IMG/VR virus record: IMGVR_UViG_3300033069_001022
Span: 26,960 to 90,959 of that record
Reading direction: 5' to 3' (one strand)
DNA: 64,000 nucleotides
DNA from: a virus
Lineage: Duplodnaviria > Heunggongvirae > Uroviricota > Caudoviricetes
The notes under the pieces were generated by a model. The model saw only the letters and a list, made by a program, of their open reading frames with translations, was not told where the DNA came from and ran no database searches. This document shows, piece by piece, positions 16,570 to 25,493 of this stretch. Both the position numbers and the translations under genes were made by a program. Positions within the stretch are counted from its first letter, which is position 1; every line of letters begins with the position of its first letter.

Positions 16570-16821
16570 CTAATATTGTTCAGGAATAATTAATAATTTA
16601 TTCCACTCTTCAATCATATGTTGAGCTAACTCTGATTTTTCAATAGCTGTAAATTCTCTTGACCTCTCTTTACCCTGTTCATCTATATAATCCACATAAA
16701 CTTGATCTCCATCTCTATCACAAACATTTAGATCAGGGTCTAAAGTAAAAGGAGTATAATCAGTGTATAATGTACCACCTGTCGAAAAAACAAGGCATCC
16801 ATCATTATTTGTTTTTAACAT
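16570..16821 (-). CDS. hypothetical acidic protein (83 aa)
   Basis: ORF track. Confidence 0.45.
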   Translation of the reverse strand: MLKTNNDGCLVFSTGGTLYTDYTPFTLDPDLNVCDRDGDQVYVDYIDEQGKERSREFTAIEKSELAQHMIEEWNKLLIIPEQY

Positions 16822-16832
16822 AATAAATTTAT

Positions 16833-17255
16833 TTAAAGATCAGTTAATTTTATTCCAATTGCAGTTTCCATTTTAGGAACCCATTCTCTATCAAATGTAC
16901 AATTCCATACATTTTTATTCTTCAAAGCTTTTAAAACAAATTTAGGATCTTCAATGCAATGATATTTTGCATAATGACTAATATCTACGACACCTTTACA
17001 ATCCACATATTTATTCTCAATTTGTAAAAAAGCATGACTACATGAACTTATTGAAGTATGTATACCTTTAAAATATGCCTCATTAGTTTCATAAGCATCT
17101 GATAACCAACTATAAGCAAAAACAATTTTCACTTTTACTTTTGGTTTGTATACTTTTAACCATTGATACATAAATAATGTAGCATAACCACATCCACCAT
17201 AACTTATATATGGTATTTTATTAAGGTAACTTCTTAATTGTTTAAAATTTTTCAT
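16833..17255 (-). CDS. hypothetical protein (140 aa) with conserved Cys/His (YGGCGY...CSHAF); possible thiol peptidase-like fold
   Basis: ORF track. Motif read by eye only. Confidence 0.45.
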   Translation of the reverse strand: MKNFKQLRSYLNKIPYISYGGCGYATLFMYQWLKVYKPKVKVKIVFAYSWLSDAYETNEAYFKGIHTSISSCSHAFLQIENKYVDCKGVVDISHYAKYHCIEDPKFVLKALKNKNVWNCTFDREWVPKMETAIGIKLTDL

Positions 17256-17256
17256 A

Positions 17257-17652
17257 TTATAAAAACATGGATGATATATCCTTTTGGTTTACAATTGATT
17301 CTTTTTTAAAAACTATTTGATAAGGTGATTCATAGTAATCCGTTACATCCAACATAAGTACTTGAAAACCAAGGACTTCAATACATTCTTTAAGTTCTTC
17401 CCTGGTTAAAGCTGTTTCAAGTTGAGCAAGGTCTTTAAATGCAAAATTGTATTGTTGCACATCTTCCCAAGATATTTGACAATTTAACTGAGTGTCATTA
17501 CAATATGTCGGATATAAATTAGAATTAGCGTGTCTTTCTGCTATATCATCATACTTTGAATGTTTTGCTAACAATGGTTCCGCTTCTTTAAAAGTTCTCC
17601 ATAAACCCAAACCATTAGAAGGATGCTGAATTCTAATAATATTGTGTCTCAT
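17257..17652 (-). CDS. hypothetical protein (131 aa)
   Basis: ORF track. Confidence 0.5.
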   Translation of the reverse strand: MRHNIIRIQHPSNGLGLWRTFKEAEPLLAKHSKYDDIAERHANSNLYPTYCNDTQLNCQISWEDVQQYNFAFKDLAQLETALTREELKECIEVLGFQVLMLDVTDYYESPYQIVFKKESIVNQKDISSMFL

Positions 17653-17655
17653 AAC

Positions 17656-18033
17656 TTAATATTTTTCAAGTAATTGTTTCATTTTATCTACCCTGTATTG
17701 TAAAGCTTCAATAGCACCATGTCTGTTATAACATCTCATAGGAGGCCTAAACCAAAACTTATAATATATATTGGGTACTTTCTTAATCCACTTTTTTAAC
17801 TTTGGTGGTATACCTTTTATATCTAAATAATAACATAATCCACCATGTACTCCATTTGTATGCATTAACATATACCAATCATCTGTTACTTCAGCTATCT
17901 GAATTACATCTTCGTAGTGTTTAATACAACCTTGAATTACTTCTTTTTCTTGCTTGGATAATCCTGATTTTGTGGATAACCGCCAAGTAAAAAAAACTAC
18001 AGCTATAGCTGAAAATATAATATATAGTATCAT
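17656..18033 (-). CDS. hypothetical protein with N-terminal TM helix; paralog of 5311..5622
   Basis: Shared C-terminal YRVDKMKQLLEKY. Confidence 0.5.
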   Translation of the reverse strand: MILYIIFSAIAVVFFTWRLSTKSGLSKQEKEVIQGCIKHYEDVIQIAEVTDDWYMLMHTNGVHGGLCYYLDIKGIPPKLKKWIKKVPNIYYKFWFRPPMRCYNRHGAIEALQYRVDKMKQLLEKY

Positions 18034-18148
18034 TGTTTTTATTTTAATATTGTTCAGGAATGGGATAAAAATGGTTAAAAATCATTAATATATTATTTTA
18101 AAAATAAATTCCTGCTCATCAATTAAGACAAACAGGAGTTCACAATTA

Positions 18149-18367
18149 CTATTTTGAATTAAAATTCTCATCAAAACAATCATTAAAAATTGCTCCCCAA
18201 ACAGTACATCCTAAAATTATCATAGGCATTAAATGGGCAGGAGATTGTAATACACTAACAAATTCTCCTCCAAATAACCATGATATTGAAGGGATTATCA
18301 ATAAAGTAAATATCATTAACAATATAAATATTATTGCTAACAAAGTAAAACGAAATAATTTTTCCAT
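18149..18367 (-). CDS. small membrane protein (start trimmed to MEKLFRFTLLAIIF...)
   Basis: The track ORF 18149..18430 begins with GTG inside the hairpin. The ATG at 18367 is followed by a hydrophobic helix. Confidence 0.45.
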   Translation of the reverse strand: MEKLFRFTLLAIIFILLMIFTLLIIPSISWLFGGEFVSVLQSPAHLMPMIILGCTVWGAIFNDCFDENFNSK

Positions 18368-18396
18368 TTTTATTAGTTTTTTAGTGTTGGTTAAAA

Positions 18397-18430
18397 GTGA
18401 ACTCCCACAAACTAAACCATGAGAGTTCAC
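18397..18430 (-). promoter_or_regulatory. conserved 5'-UTR hairpin motif (copy 2): GTGAACTCCCAC...ATGAGAGTTCAC
   Basis: 8-bp perfect stem GTGAACTC/GAGTTCAC, about 30 nt upstream of the ATG at 18367. Confidence 0.4.
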
Positions 18431-18550
18431 AAATTATTATTTACAATATTCAGAAATATCAGGACAAGAATGATAATCCCACCACTCAATACCATCATAT
18501 TCCCCTCTATCTGCCCATGTACCATCTTTAAACCAAATAGTTCCAAAAAG

Positions 18551-18781
18551 TTACTGTATACCATAACCATCATTATAACCAAAGTCTAATTCTGACAGGA
18601 ATTTATCCAAATCTCCTGTATTAAAATTCTCTTTAAGTGCTATTATTGGAACATCATCCAAAGTAGGGTTATATTCAACTTCAGCACATTTCAGTTTTTC
18701 TATCCCTATTCTGTTAACAAGAGATAAAAATTCAGTTTTTGCATTCATAACAAATAATTTTAATTGTGACCCAATAATCAA
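18551..18781 (-). CDS. hypothetical protein (76 aa)
   Basis: ORF track. Confidence 0.4.
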   Translation of the reverse strand: MIIGSQLKLFVMNAKTEFLSLVNRIGIEKLKCAEVEYNPTLDDVPIIALKENFNTGDLDKFLSELDFGYNDGYGIQ

Positions 18782-19247
18782 TTAGTTATATGTCCAGCGA
18801 ATGGAATAGTCAGACTCTATTATGTTTCCACTCTCTATAACTAATTAATTATTAACGCCTTGCACTTAACACATATTTCATCCACTGTTGCAAGCCAGTT
18901 ATATTATAAATTCGGTGAGACTATCCTGGTGACTCATAAATTCAATCATATCATCTTCATCACAATAAGCATATTCATCACAATAAGCATAATGACACTC
19001 ACCTGATTCATCAACTGTATTGTTGCCACAGTTAGGGCATTTGCTATGATATATTGTACCGGTATTCATGATATAATAATTTAATTGGTTTTGTAGATTG
19101 ATAATAAAATAAGGCTGCTAATCCATCATAAGCCCGACATATTAAGTTAGTATAGTTGTCAAAAGACTTCTATTGAATACCTCAACAATTTAAGAGGCCA
19201 ACTAATTAATGTTCATCTTATAATATAGCACTTGTAGCACCTTATTT

Positions 19248-19454
19248 TCAAGATTTTAAAGGTAAGGGGTAATCTTCCCAACTCCAAATATTCTCTCCAT
19301 ATTCCACATCCTCTATAAATGGAACTTTAATAGTATTACTATAAAGACTTATAATGATAATCTTATCACCCCTCTCTAATTCTTCATACATATCAGGAAA
19401 GTTACCTAAGTATTTCACAGTTTTATTCTGTGTTTTATTAATAATTAAATACAT
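19248..19454 (-). CDS. hypothetical protein (68 aa); last leftward gene before the control region
   Basis: ORF track. Confidence 0.4.
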   Translation of the reverse strand: MYLIINKTQNKTVKYLGNFPDMYEELERGDKIIIISLYSNTIKVPFIEDVEYGENIWSWEDYPLPLKS

Positions 19455-19488
19455 TGTAATGCTATTTAAGGGTTAATTTATTGATATT

Positions 19489-19507
19489 CGATAAATATTT
19501 ATTAGTA
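19489..19507. promoter_or_regulatory. palindromic operator-like site CGATAAATATTTATTAG (core ATAAATATTTAT)
   Basis: Core palindrome repeated at 20038-20049. Confidence 0.35.
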
Positions 19508-19560
19508 GTCAACATATGGCAAAGGAATAGATAATCTATTGATTATCAATTAATTATAAA

Positions 19561-19605
19561 TAATATAGCTAGGTACACATCTACAATAAACCTAGCTATA
19601 TTATT
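19561..19605. repeat. perfect 15-bp inverted repeat ATAATATAGCTAGGT / ACCTAGCTATATTAT with a 15-nt loop
   Basis: Seen directly; reverse complements match exactly. Confidence 0.8.
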
Positions 19606-19960
19606 AACATATTCCAGGTAACACCAGTCTATATGTTAGAACCTTAGGATAATCTTAATTTGTTAAGCATTATCTGCTTCAGGAAAGTCATGACCTAGTT
19701 ATTCCACTAAATTTTGTCATCATAACTTATATCCTTAGTATCTCAGGACAGAATGAATATTTGCAGGAGTATTTCCTGTAATATATCCTTGACTGCTATA
19801 ACATACTAATTAGAACTATATGCTATAATATACTCTTTACAATGATAAGTTAATAACCCACGACAGATTATCAGAGCTTATTTATTAGAGCTTATACTAC
19901 TTATTCATGACTAAGTAATACGGATACAACCTATCTCTTAATGCTATTTAAGTACTAAAG

Positions 19961-20000
19961 TTGATTGATTTACATTGTTTGATTAAATTGTTATTAAACC
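19961..20000. repeat. cluster of TTGATT/TTGTT iteron-like repeats (TTGATTGATTTACATTGTTTGATTAAATTGTTATTAAACC)
   Basis: Seen in the long non-coding stretch. Confidence 0.35.
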
Positions 20001-20034
20001 ATAGATGTGTTTACTCCACCTCTTTTATCGTTAT

Positions 20035-20052
20035 TCAATAAATATTTATTGA
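20035..20052. promoter_or_regulatory. perfect 18-bp palindrome TCAATAAATATTTATTGA (operator-like)
   Basis: Self-complementary. Shares the ATAAATATTTAT core with 19489-19507. Confidence 0.45.
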
Positions 20053-20356
20053 TAATTAATCTAATGTATGTCCATTATCAATATCTTTCCACATTATTGG
20101 AAGTAATATAGCTGCTTCAATGAATAATAATATAATAAGTATCTGTCCCATAGCTAAAAATTATAATATGTTATAATTAATTGATTTATAATACATTACA
20201 AAATCCTTAGTATGGTTTCAAAGCCGTAGGATACAAAGAAAAATAGGGTGAGATATAGATTATTTGAACTATATGGAACTTATTAGTCCCTTTCAAGCTC
20301 TCAACAAAAGTATATAGCCCACCCTAAGTTGTTATTTACAACCCACCCAGATATAT

Positions 20357-20390
20357 AAAAGAAAGAGAGTAACCGAAGTTACTCTCTTTC
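20357..20390 (-). terminator. terminator hairpin after the stop of 20397..20882
   Basis: AAAGAGAGTAAC cgaa GTTACTCTCTTT, followed by T-rich sequence on the minus strand. Confidence 0.55.
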
Positions 20391-20396
20391 AATTAA

Positions 20397-20882
20397 TTAT
20401 GCTGCAACCAGTTCACTGGTAAAAGCAATGGTTTGAATACCAGTTGCCTCTCCTGGAGCATTGGGGCTTAAAACCACAAACTTTTTACCTTCTTCAGTTT
20501 TACCTGCATAAACGTAAGTGTCTTCAGAGTCAAAGGTTTCAGTAACCCAAGCCTGTACAACAGGACTGTTCTTGGTAATAGCAGCTTTGGCTTGCTTATT
20601 ATCCGGAGTGACAGCTAATACTTTGGCTGCATTATTCAGTGCCTCAGCAGCATCTTGAACAGCCTTCGGAACATCAATACCTGCTTTAGTAGCAGTAGTT
20701 GGCAACAACTTCATTGCAAACCTTTCGTTGGTAGTGCCATTTACCAAAGCCATTCTCCACGCATCATACAGGAAATACAGTTGTACACCATTGGGCTTTA
20801 CATCATTTATGATGTCTTCTTTTGTAAAATTCACGATGTTAGTAGCCCGTACACCGCTTAAAAACTCTTTAGTGTTAAACAT
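20397..20882 (-). CDS. hypothetical Ala-rich protein (161 aa), higher GC
   Basis: ORF track. The two antisense plus-strand ORFs are judged spurious. Confidence 0.5.
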   Translation of the reverse strand: MFNTKEFLSGVRATNIVNFTKEDIINDVKPNGVQLYFLYDAWRMALVNGTTNERFAMKLLPTTATKAGIDVPKAVQDAAEALNNAAKVLAVTPDNKQAKAAITKNSPVVQAWVTETFDSEDTYVYAGKTEEGKKFVVLSPNAPGEATGIQTIAFTSELVAA

Positions 20883-20947
20883 TGTTTTTAAATTTAAATA
20901 TCAATTAATAAGTTAATGACGGGGATAACACCCATCCACAAATTATA

Positions 20948-20966
20948 GAGGGGGTGGTGAGGGAGG
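20948..20966 (-). promoter_or_regulatory. G-rich motif GAGGGGGTGGTGAGGGAGG plus small hairpin GAGGG/CCCTC in the divergent region
   Basis: About 66 nt upstream of the ATG at 20882. Family with 1433, 2033 and 2617. Confidence 0.35.
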
Positions 20967-21017
20967 ATTCACCCTCTTTCCCATAGATATTTTTCAAAAA
21001 ATAAATTTAAAAAAAAT

Positions 21018-21048
21018 TTTGGAAAAACATTTTAAAGTTGTATCTTTG
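21018..21048 (+). promoter_or_regulatory. candidate Bacteroidetes-type promoter (TTTG ... TATCTTTG = TAnnTTTG) for the rightward genes
   Basis: TTTG at 21018-21021; TAtcTTTG at 21041-21048; ATG at 21053. Confidence 0.3.
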
Positions 21049-21052
21049 TATT

Positions 21053-21445
21053 ATGAAAAAAGTTACATTAGAAGAAGCAAAGTCTTTAGGGCTTAATCAG
21101 GATAATCATATATCCCTTGCTTCTAAGGAAGAGTTTAAAACCATATATGAGTTGGCTATAGTAGAGAGTTTTAAAGGACCCCATAATGGGGAGGATATAA
21201 CTATAACATCCTGGAGTGATCCTGGAAAGGAAGTTGATATAGTTGTTTATAAGGTAGATAATAAGTTCTTCTGGGAACCAAATATTGAGAGATTAGCTAG
21301 ACTAAGGGTTATAAAGGATTATAAACCTACTGAATATATGTTTGGATATATAGATGGTAGAATGTCTCATTTAGGACAATTCACAAAAGGAATGGTATCT
21401 GCTAACCTGAATGTGGGTTATGTGTTTTGGCACGAATTTAAATAA
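21053..21445 (+). CDS. hypothetical protein carrying a copy of the C-terminal motif of the putative major capsid protein
   Basis: EYMFGYIDGRMSHLGQFTKGMVSANLNVGYVFWHEF aligns with NMQWGYIDGRRSHLGAFKSQGFNAANKFPGYEIWMED at the C-terminus of 33576..35126. The track start at 21038 is a TTG; ATG at 21053 is preferred. Confidence 0.5.
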   Translation: MKKVTLEEAKSLGLNQDNHISLASKEEFKTIYELAIVESFKGPHNGEDITITSWSDPGKEVDIVVYKVDNKFFWEPNIERLARLRVIKDYKPTEYMFGYIDGRMSHLGQFTKGMVSANLNVGYVFWHEFK

Positions 21446-21453
21446 TTTATAAT

Positions 21454-21834
21454 ATGGAAATTAAACATGCGACTTTAGAGAATATTCTTAATAGGGTTAA
21501 AACGAAATCTAACTGGGAACAGTTATCTGATGGTTCTAGATTATACTGGAAAGAAGAAGGGGATGGTCTGTTAGGAGATAAATGTGGTTTCTCTTTTGTA
21601 CAGGTTAATAGGGTATCTCACCCGATGGATTCAGATTTCCTTGATGAGAATACAGAGTATGAGATACTTCTACATGGAACAGCTTATTTTGATGGTATAA
21701 GGCACTTACACTTTGGAGATGAAACTTCTGATAATCTTGGATACTTCTATTATCCAGAAATAGATGATATTATAGAAGTTCTTAATGTATTGAAAACCTT
21801 AGAAGATAAATATTGTACAATGGGTAGCTATTAA
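21454..21834 (+). CDS. hypothetical protein (126 aa)
   Basis: ORF track. Confidence 0.5.
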   Translation: MEIKHATLENILNRVKTKSNWEQLSDGSRLYWKEEGDGLLGDKCGFSFVQVNRVSHPMDSDFLDENTEYEILLHGTAYFDGIRHLHFGDETSDNLGYFYYPEIDDIIEVLNVLKTLEDKYCTMGSY

Positions 21835-21864
21835 AGCTGAATTAAAAAAAGGAGGATATATAAA

Positions 21865-22125
21865 ATGAAATATAAATTAATAAATGCAGACAAGGATGGT
21901 AATCCTTATCAACACACTCCTGTAGGAGAAGAGTTATACATAAATAACCCTAAGTGTTATACACTTCTAATTTCTGAAGAAATTTCTGATTTTATGGAAT
22001 CCATGTGTGATGTAGAAGTCCATAATGGATACACTAAAGTATATATTCTTAATAATCAACGGTTTATAAAAGAGCCTTTACTATTTAACAATTCATTAAC
22101 AAATGATACAGAGAAAAAACCCTAA
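21865..22125 (+). CDS. hypothetical protein (86 aa)
   Basis: ORF track. Confidence 0.45.
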   Translation: MKYKLINADKDGNPYQHTPVGEELYINNPKCYTLLISEEISDFMESMCDVEVHNGYTKVYILNNQRFIKEPLLFNNSLTNDTEKKP

Positions 22126-22155
22126 CTTTGTGTATAATTTAAACTGGAAACTTAT

Positions 22156-22689
22156 ATGATGGAAAATAAATACTTTACCCCTTCTATAGAAGATGAAATA
22201 TGGAAAGATATTCCTGGTTATGAAGAATATTATGAAGTATCTAATACTGGACTTATAAGAAGAAAAGCTTACATAATGAAATGTAGATTAACTAATGATG
22301 GTTATCCAGCAATTACTTTATGTGGAGGAGGAAAGCAATTATCTAAGACTATACATAGAATAGTTGCAGAAGTATTTTTAAAGAATCCTGAGAATAAAGC
22401 ACAGGTAAATCATAAAGATGGAATAAAAGCAAATGCTATGGTTTCAAATTTAGAATGGGTAACACCTTCTGAGAATATAAATCATGCATTGAATTTGGGA
22501 TTAAAAGACAAAACTTGGCAGGATGGGGAGAAAAATATAAACTCTAAATTAACAAAAGAACAAGTTTTAGATATAAGAGAAAAGTGTAAAACTATGAAAA
22601 TTTCTGAAGTTCATAAAAACTTTTATCCAAATATGAATTACAATACTATTTATGGAATTAAAACAAAAAGATTATGGAAGACAATTTAA
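22156..22689 (+). mobile_element. HNH homing endonuclease (NUMOD4 + HNH_3), free-standing
   Basis: EIWKDIPGYEEYYEVSNTGLIRR matches the NUMOD4 motif. HRIVAEVFLKNPENKAQVNHKDGIKANAMVSNLEWVTPSENINHA matches the HNH core. Confidence 0.75.
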
Positions 22690-23096
22690 AATATTTTCAG
22701 CCTGAAATTTCAGATATAAGAGTTGGATATGAATGTGAAGTGGAATCAAATTCAAAATGGAGGCATATTACAGTAACTGCAATAGATTCTGAGGAAAATT
22801 CAATAGGTACTGATAATGGTAGTTATTGGTTAACTGCCCAAAATTTAAGAGTTCCATATCTTACTAAAGAACAAATAGAAGCTGAAGGATGGAAAAGTGA
22901 TGGTATTCATTATTTTAAAAATGAAAGTGCTATTAATACTAAGTTATATATAAGTCCTATTATAAGAAGTGCTAATAAGAAATTCTTTATAAATATATAT
23001 AGAGTAACTAACACTAATCAACTAACTAATTTATTTTCGGGTGAATGTAAAGACATAAACACATTTAGATATATAACAAAACTATTAGGTATATGA
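22674..23096 (+). CDS. hypothetical protein (140 aa)
   Basis: ORF track. Confidence 0.45.
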   Translation: MEDNLKYFQPEISDIRVGYECEVESNSKWRHITVTAIDSEENSIGTDNGSYWLTAQNLRVPYLTKEQIEAEGWKSDGIHYFKNESAINTKLYISPIIRSANKKFFINIYRVTNTNQLTNLFSGECKDINTFRYITKLLGI

Positions 23097-23878
23097 GTGA
23101 AGTATATACAGATTTAGAAAAGAAAAATATGAAAAAAACTTGGTTTACAAAAGAAAGGATTATTACATATACTATTATAGTAGGGTTGATAATTGGATTG
23201 GTTACACTGGACCAGTGTAGAAAAGGACAATATAGATCACAACAAAGTAAGCTAGATTCTACTACTCTGCTTCTACAGACTATGGTTATTGAGAAGAATA
23301 AATTAGGAGACGAAGTTGTAAGGCAGAATGTGATTATCACTGATAAGCAAGGGGATATAAAACAATTGGCACTGGATAATATGAACTTAAAGAAAGGTTT
23401 AGCAGCTAGTGTAAGGAAAGTAAAAGCTTATGCTAAAGTAAAAACAAATACCAGTGTGGTTAATATAGATGTTCCGTATGAAGAGGAAGAACCTGATTAC
23501 TATATACCACCTATACAATATGATAGTTGTGATACAAATGTAATTAAGATTCCTAAAGTAGCTGTGCTTGATACAACAGATCTTTACTTCAAAGGAACAA
23601 TAACAAAAGAAAAGTTCAGGATTGACTCACTTAGTTTTCCTGATACACAGAATATAGTGTTTGCTGAGACAGGGGGATGGTTCAAGAAAGATATAAATGG
23701 TAAACTAAAAATATATAAGAAACCAAAGCTTGAGGTTATTATAACCCATACTAATAATTATATAAAGACAACTGGATTATCATCAAGCTTTTATCAACCA
23801 CCACCTAAACCTAGATGGTTGGAAAGAATAGCTATAGCTGCTGGAGCAGTGGCTGCAACAATATTATTATTAAAATAA
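23093..23878 (+). CDS. membrane protein with N-terminal and C-terminal TM helices (261 aa)
   Basis: Hydrophobic segments ITYTIIVGLIIGLVTL and IAIAAGAVAATILLL. Confidence 0.5.
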   Translation: MSEVYTDLEKKNMKKTWFTKERIITYTIIVGLIIGLVTLDQCRKGQYRSQQSKLDSTTLLLQTMVIEKNKLGDEVVRQNVIITDKQGDIKQLALDNMNLKKGLAASVRKVKAYAKVKTNTSVVNIDVPYEEEEPDYYIPPIQYDSCDTNVIKIPKVAVLDTTDLYFKGTITKEKFRIDSLSFPDTQNIVFAETGGWFKKDINGKLKIYKKPKLEVIITHTNNYIKTTGLSSSFYQPPPKPRWLERIAIAAGAVAATILLLK

Positions 23879-23890
23879 AAAACAAAATAT

Positions 23891-24217
23891 ATGTATACTG
23901 ATGAAGTTAAAATTGGTTGTGAGTCAAAGACTTATAATGAGTCTGAATTAATAAAGGGGTCCGAAGCAAAGTTGATATTTGCATTAGAGAAATTTAAAGA
24001 ACAAAATAACTATGCAGAAGATATCATATCTTCAATAAAGAATAGATTAGATACTATCTATATACCACAGGGAAAAAAAGTAGATCCTACAGGAGATAAA
24101 ATACCTGAAGTTATAGTTAATTGTGCTATGGATGAGTTTAATTCACAATTTAACAGGCTTTATAAAAATAATAAAGCTTTATCAGATATTCTTTCACATT
24201 TAAAAGAGATTATATAA
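23891..24217 (+). CDS. hypothetical protein (108 aa)
   Basis: ORF track. Confidence 0.45.
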   Translation: MYTDEVKIGCESKTYNESELIKGSEAKLIFALEKFKEQNNYAEDIISSIKNRLDTIYIPQGKKVDPTGDKIPEVIVNCAMDEFNSQFNRLYKNNKALSDILSHLKEII

Positions 24218-24750
24218 TGGCACATCCAGAACAAGTAGTTTTCTGTAATTCAGTTAAGCATAAATTTCCACAGAAATTCATTAATGCTGATATATTGGAT
24301 ATTGGTTCCCTTGATATTAATGGTAACAATAGATACTTGTTTTCTAATTGTACCTATACAGGAGTAGATATTGGAGCAGGAAGAAATGTGGATGTGGTAT
24401 CTAAAGGCCATGAATTCAAACCTGGTAAGCAATATGATATTGTAATCTCAACAGAGTGCTTTGAACATGATATGTATTGGAAAGAGACTATACAAAATTG
24501 TATAGATTTAACCAAGTCGGGAGGATTATTTATGTTTACCTGTGCTACAACTGGTAGACAGGAACATGGTACAACTAGAACCACACCACAAGATTCTCCT
24601 TTTACGCATACCCAGTTCAATGATTACTATATGAACCTGACTGAGTATGATATAAGGCAGATATCAGGTTTTGACAATTCATTTACAGAATTTAAATTTT
24701 CAACAAACCAAAATACAAAAGATTTGTATTTCTATGGTATAAAACAATAA
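24217..24750 (+). CDS. class I SAM-dependent methyltransferase
   Basis: ILDIGSLDINGN (motif I), YDIVISTECFEHD, LTKSGGLFMFT (post-I/II motifs). Confidence 0.6.
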   Translation: MAHPEQVVFCNSVKHKFPQKFINADILDIGSLDINGNNRYLFSNCTYTGVDIGAGRNVDVVSKGHEFKPGKQYDIVISTECFEHDMYWKETIQNCIDLTKSGGLFMFTCATTGRQEHGTTRTTPQDSPFTHTQFNDYYMNLTEYDIRQISGFDNSFTEFKFSTNQNTKDLYFYGIKQ

Positions 24751-24751
24751 T

Positions 24752-25114
24752 ATGAAATATTCAGAAAGATTTTTTAAATTTCCAGTAAGAGTTACAGATG
24801 CCTACCTTGCTGACCTAAAAGAAAAAGAAGCAGAATTATCAGATAGCAGGAGTTTAGATATTCCAACTATAGACAGTTGGATAAAACTACCATATAGTGA
24901 AATTGAAGGGTGGCAAGAAATGTACCCTCCAGAAACTGCTTTTGAAGATGTGTTTGCTAAAGGATTTCAGTGTACTTTAGTATTTACCAAAAAGCATGGT
25001 GATATCTTATGTTCATGGAATGTTAAGAAATTTGAAGAGAGATTAGATGCCTTTGAAGCTAAATTGGCAGAGTTTGTAAAAAATTCTAGCTTAAATAGCA
25101 TTAAAAAAGATTAA
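24752..25114 (+). CDS. hypothetical protein (120 aa)
   Basis: ORF track. Confidence 0.45.
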   Translation: MKYSERFFKFPVRVTDAYLADLKEKEAELSDSRSLDIPTIDSWIKLPYSEIEGWQEMYPPETAFEDVFAKGFQCTLVFTKKHGDILCSWNVKKFEERLDAFEAKLAEFVKNSSLNSIKKD

Positions 25115-25145
25115 TTTTAAAAAACCACTTTGTTATTAATTAAAT

Positions 25146-25493
25146 ATGACTAATTTTGTAGCTATAAAGATAAAGAAAAAGTTTAAAGATGAGTTTGAAC
25201 TAGCTGTAAAGTTCTATAGTATATTGGATGTACTAAACGACTTTAAGTTAAGTCCATTGGAAATAAGGTTAATAGCCTTTACAGCTATAAAAGGAAATAT
25301 AGCTAGAGGGGACCAAAGAAATGATTTTATAGAAGTATATAAAAGTACCTATAAATCAGTGAGGAAAACTGTAACTAAGTTAGTTAAACAAGGTTATCTA
25401 AAAAAGGATAATAGGAAAATAGTAGTTACACCACAACTACTATTTGGAATTAAAGATGATGTATTGTTACAACTAAATATGGGACATGGATAA
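25146..25493 (+). CDS. hypothetical protein (115 aa)
   Basis: ORF track. Confidence 0.45.
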   Translation: MTNFVAIKIKKKFKDEFELAVKFYSILDVLNDFKLSPLEIRLIAFTAIKGNIARGDQRNDFIEVYKSTYKSVRKTVTKLVKQGYLKKDNRKIVVTPQLLFGIKDDVLLQLNMGHG

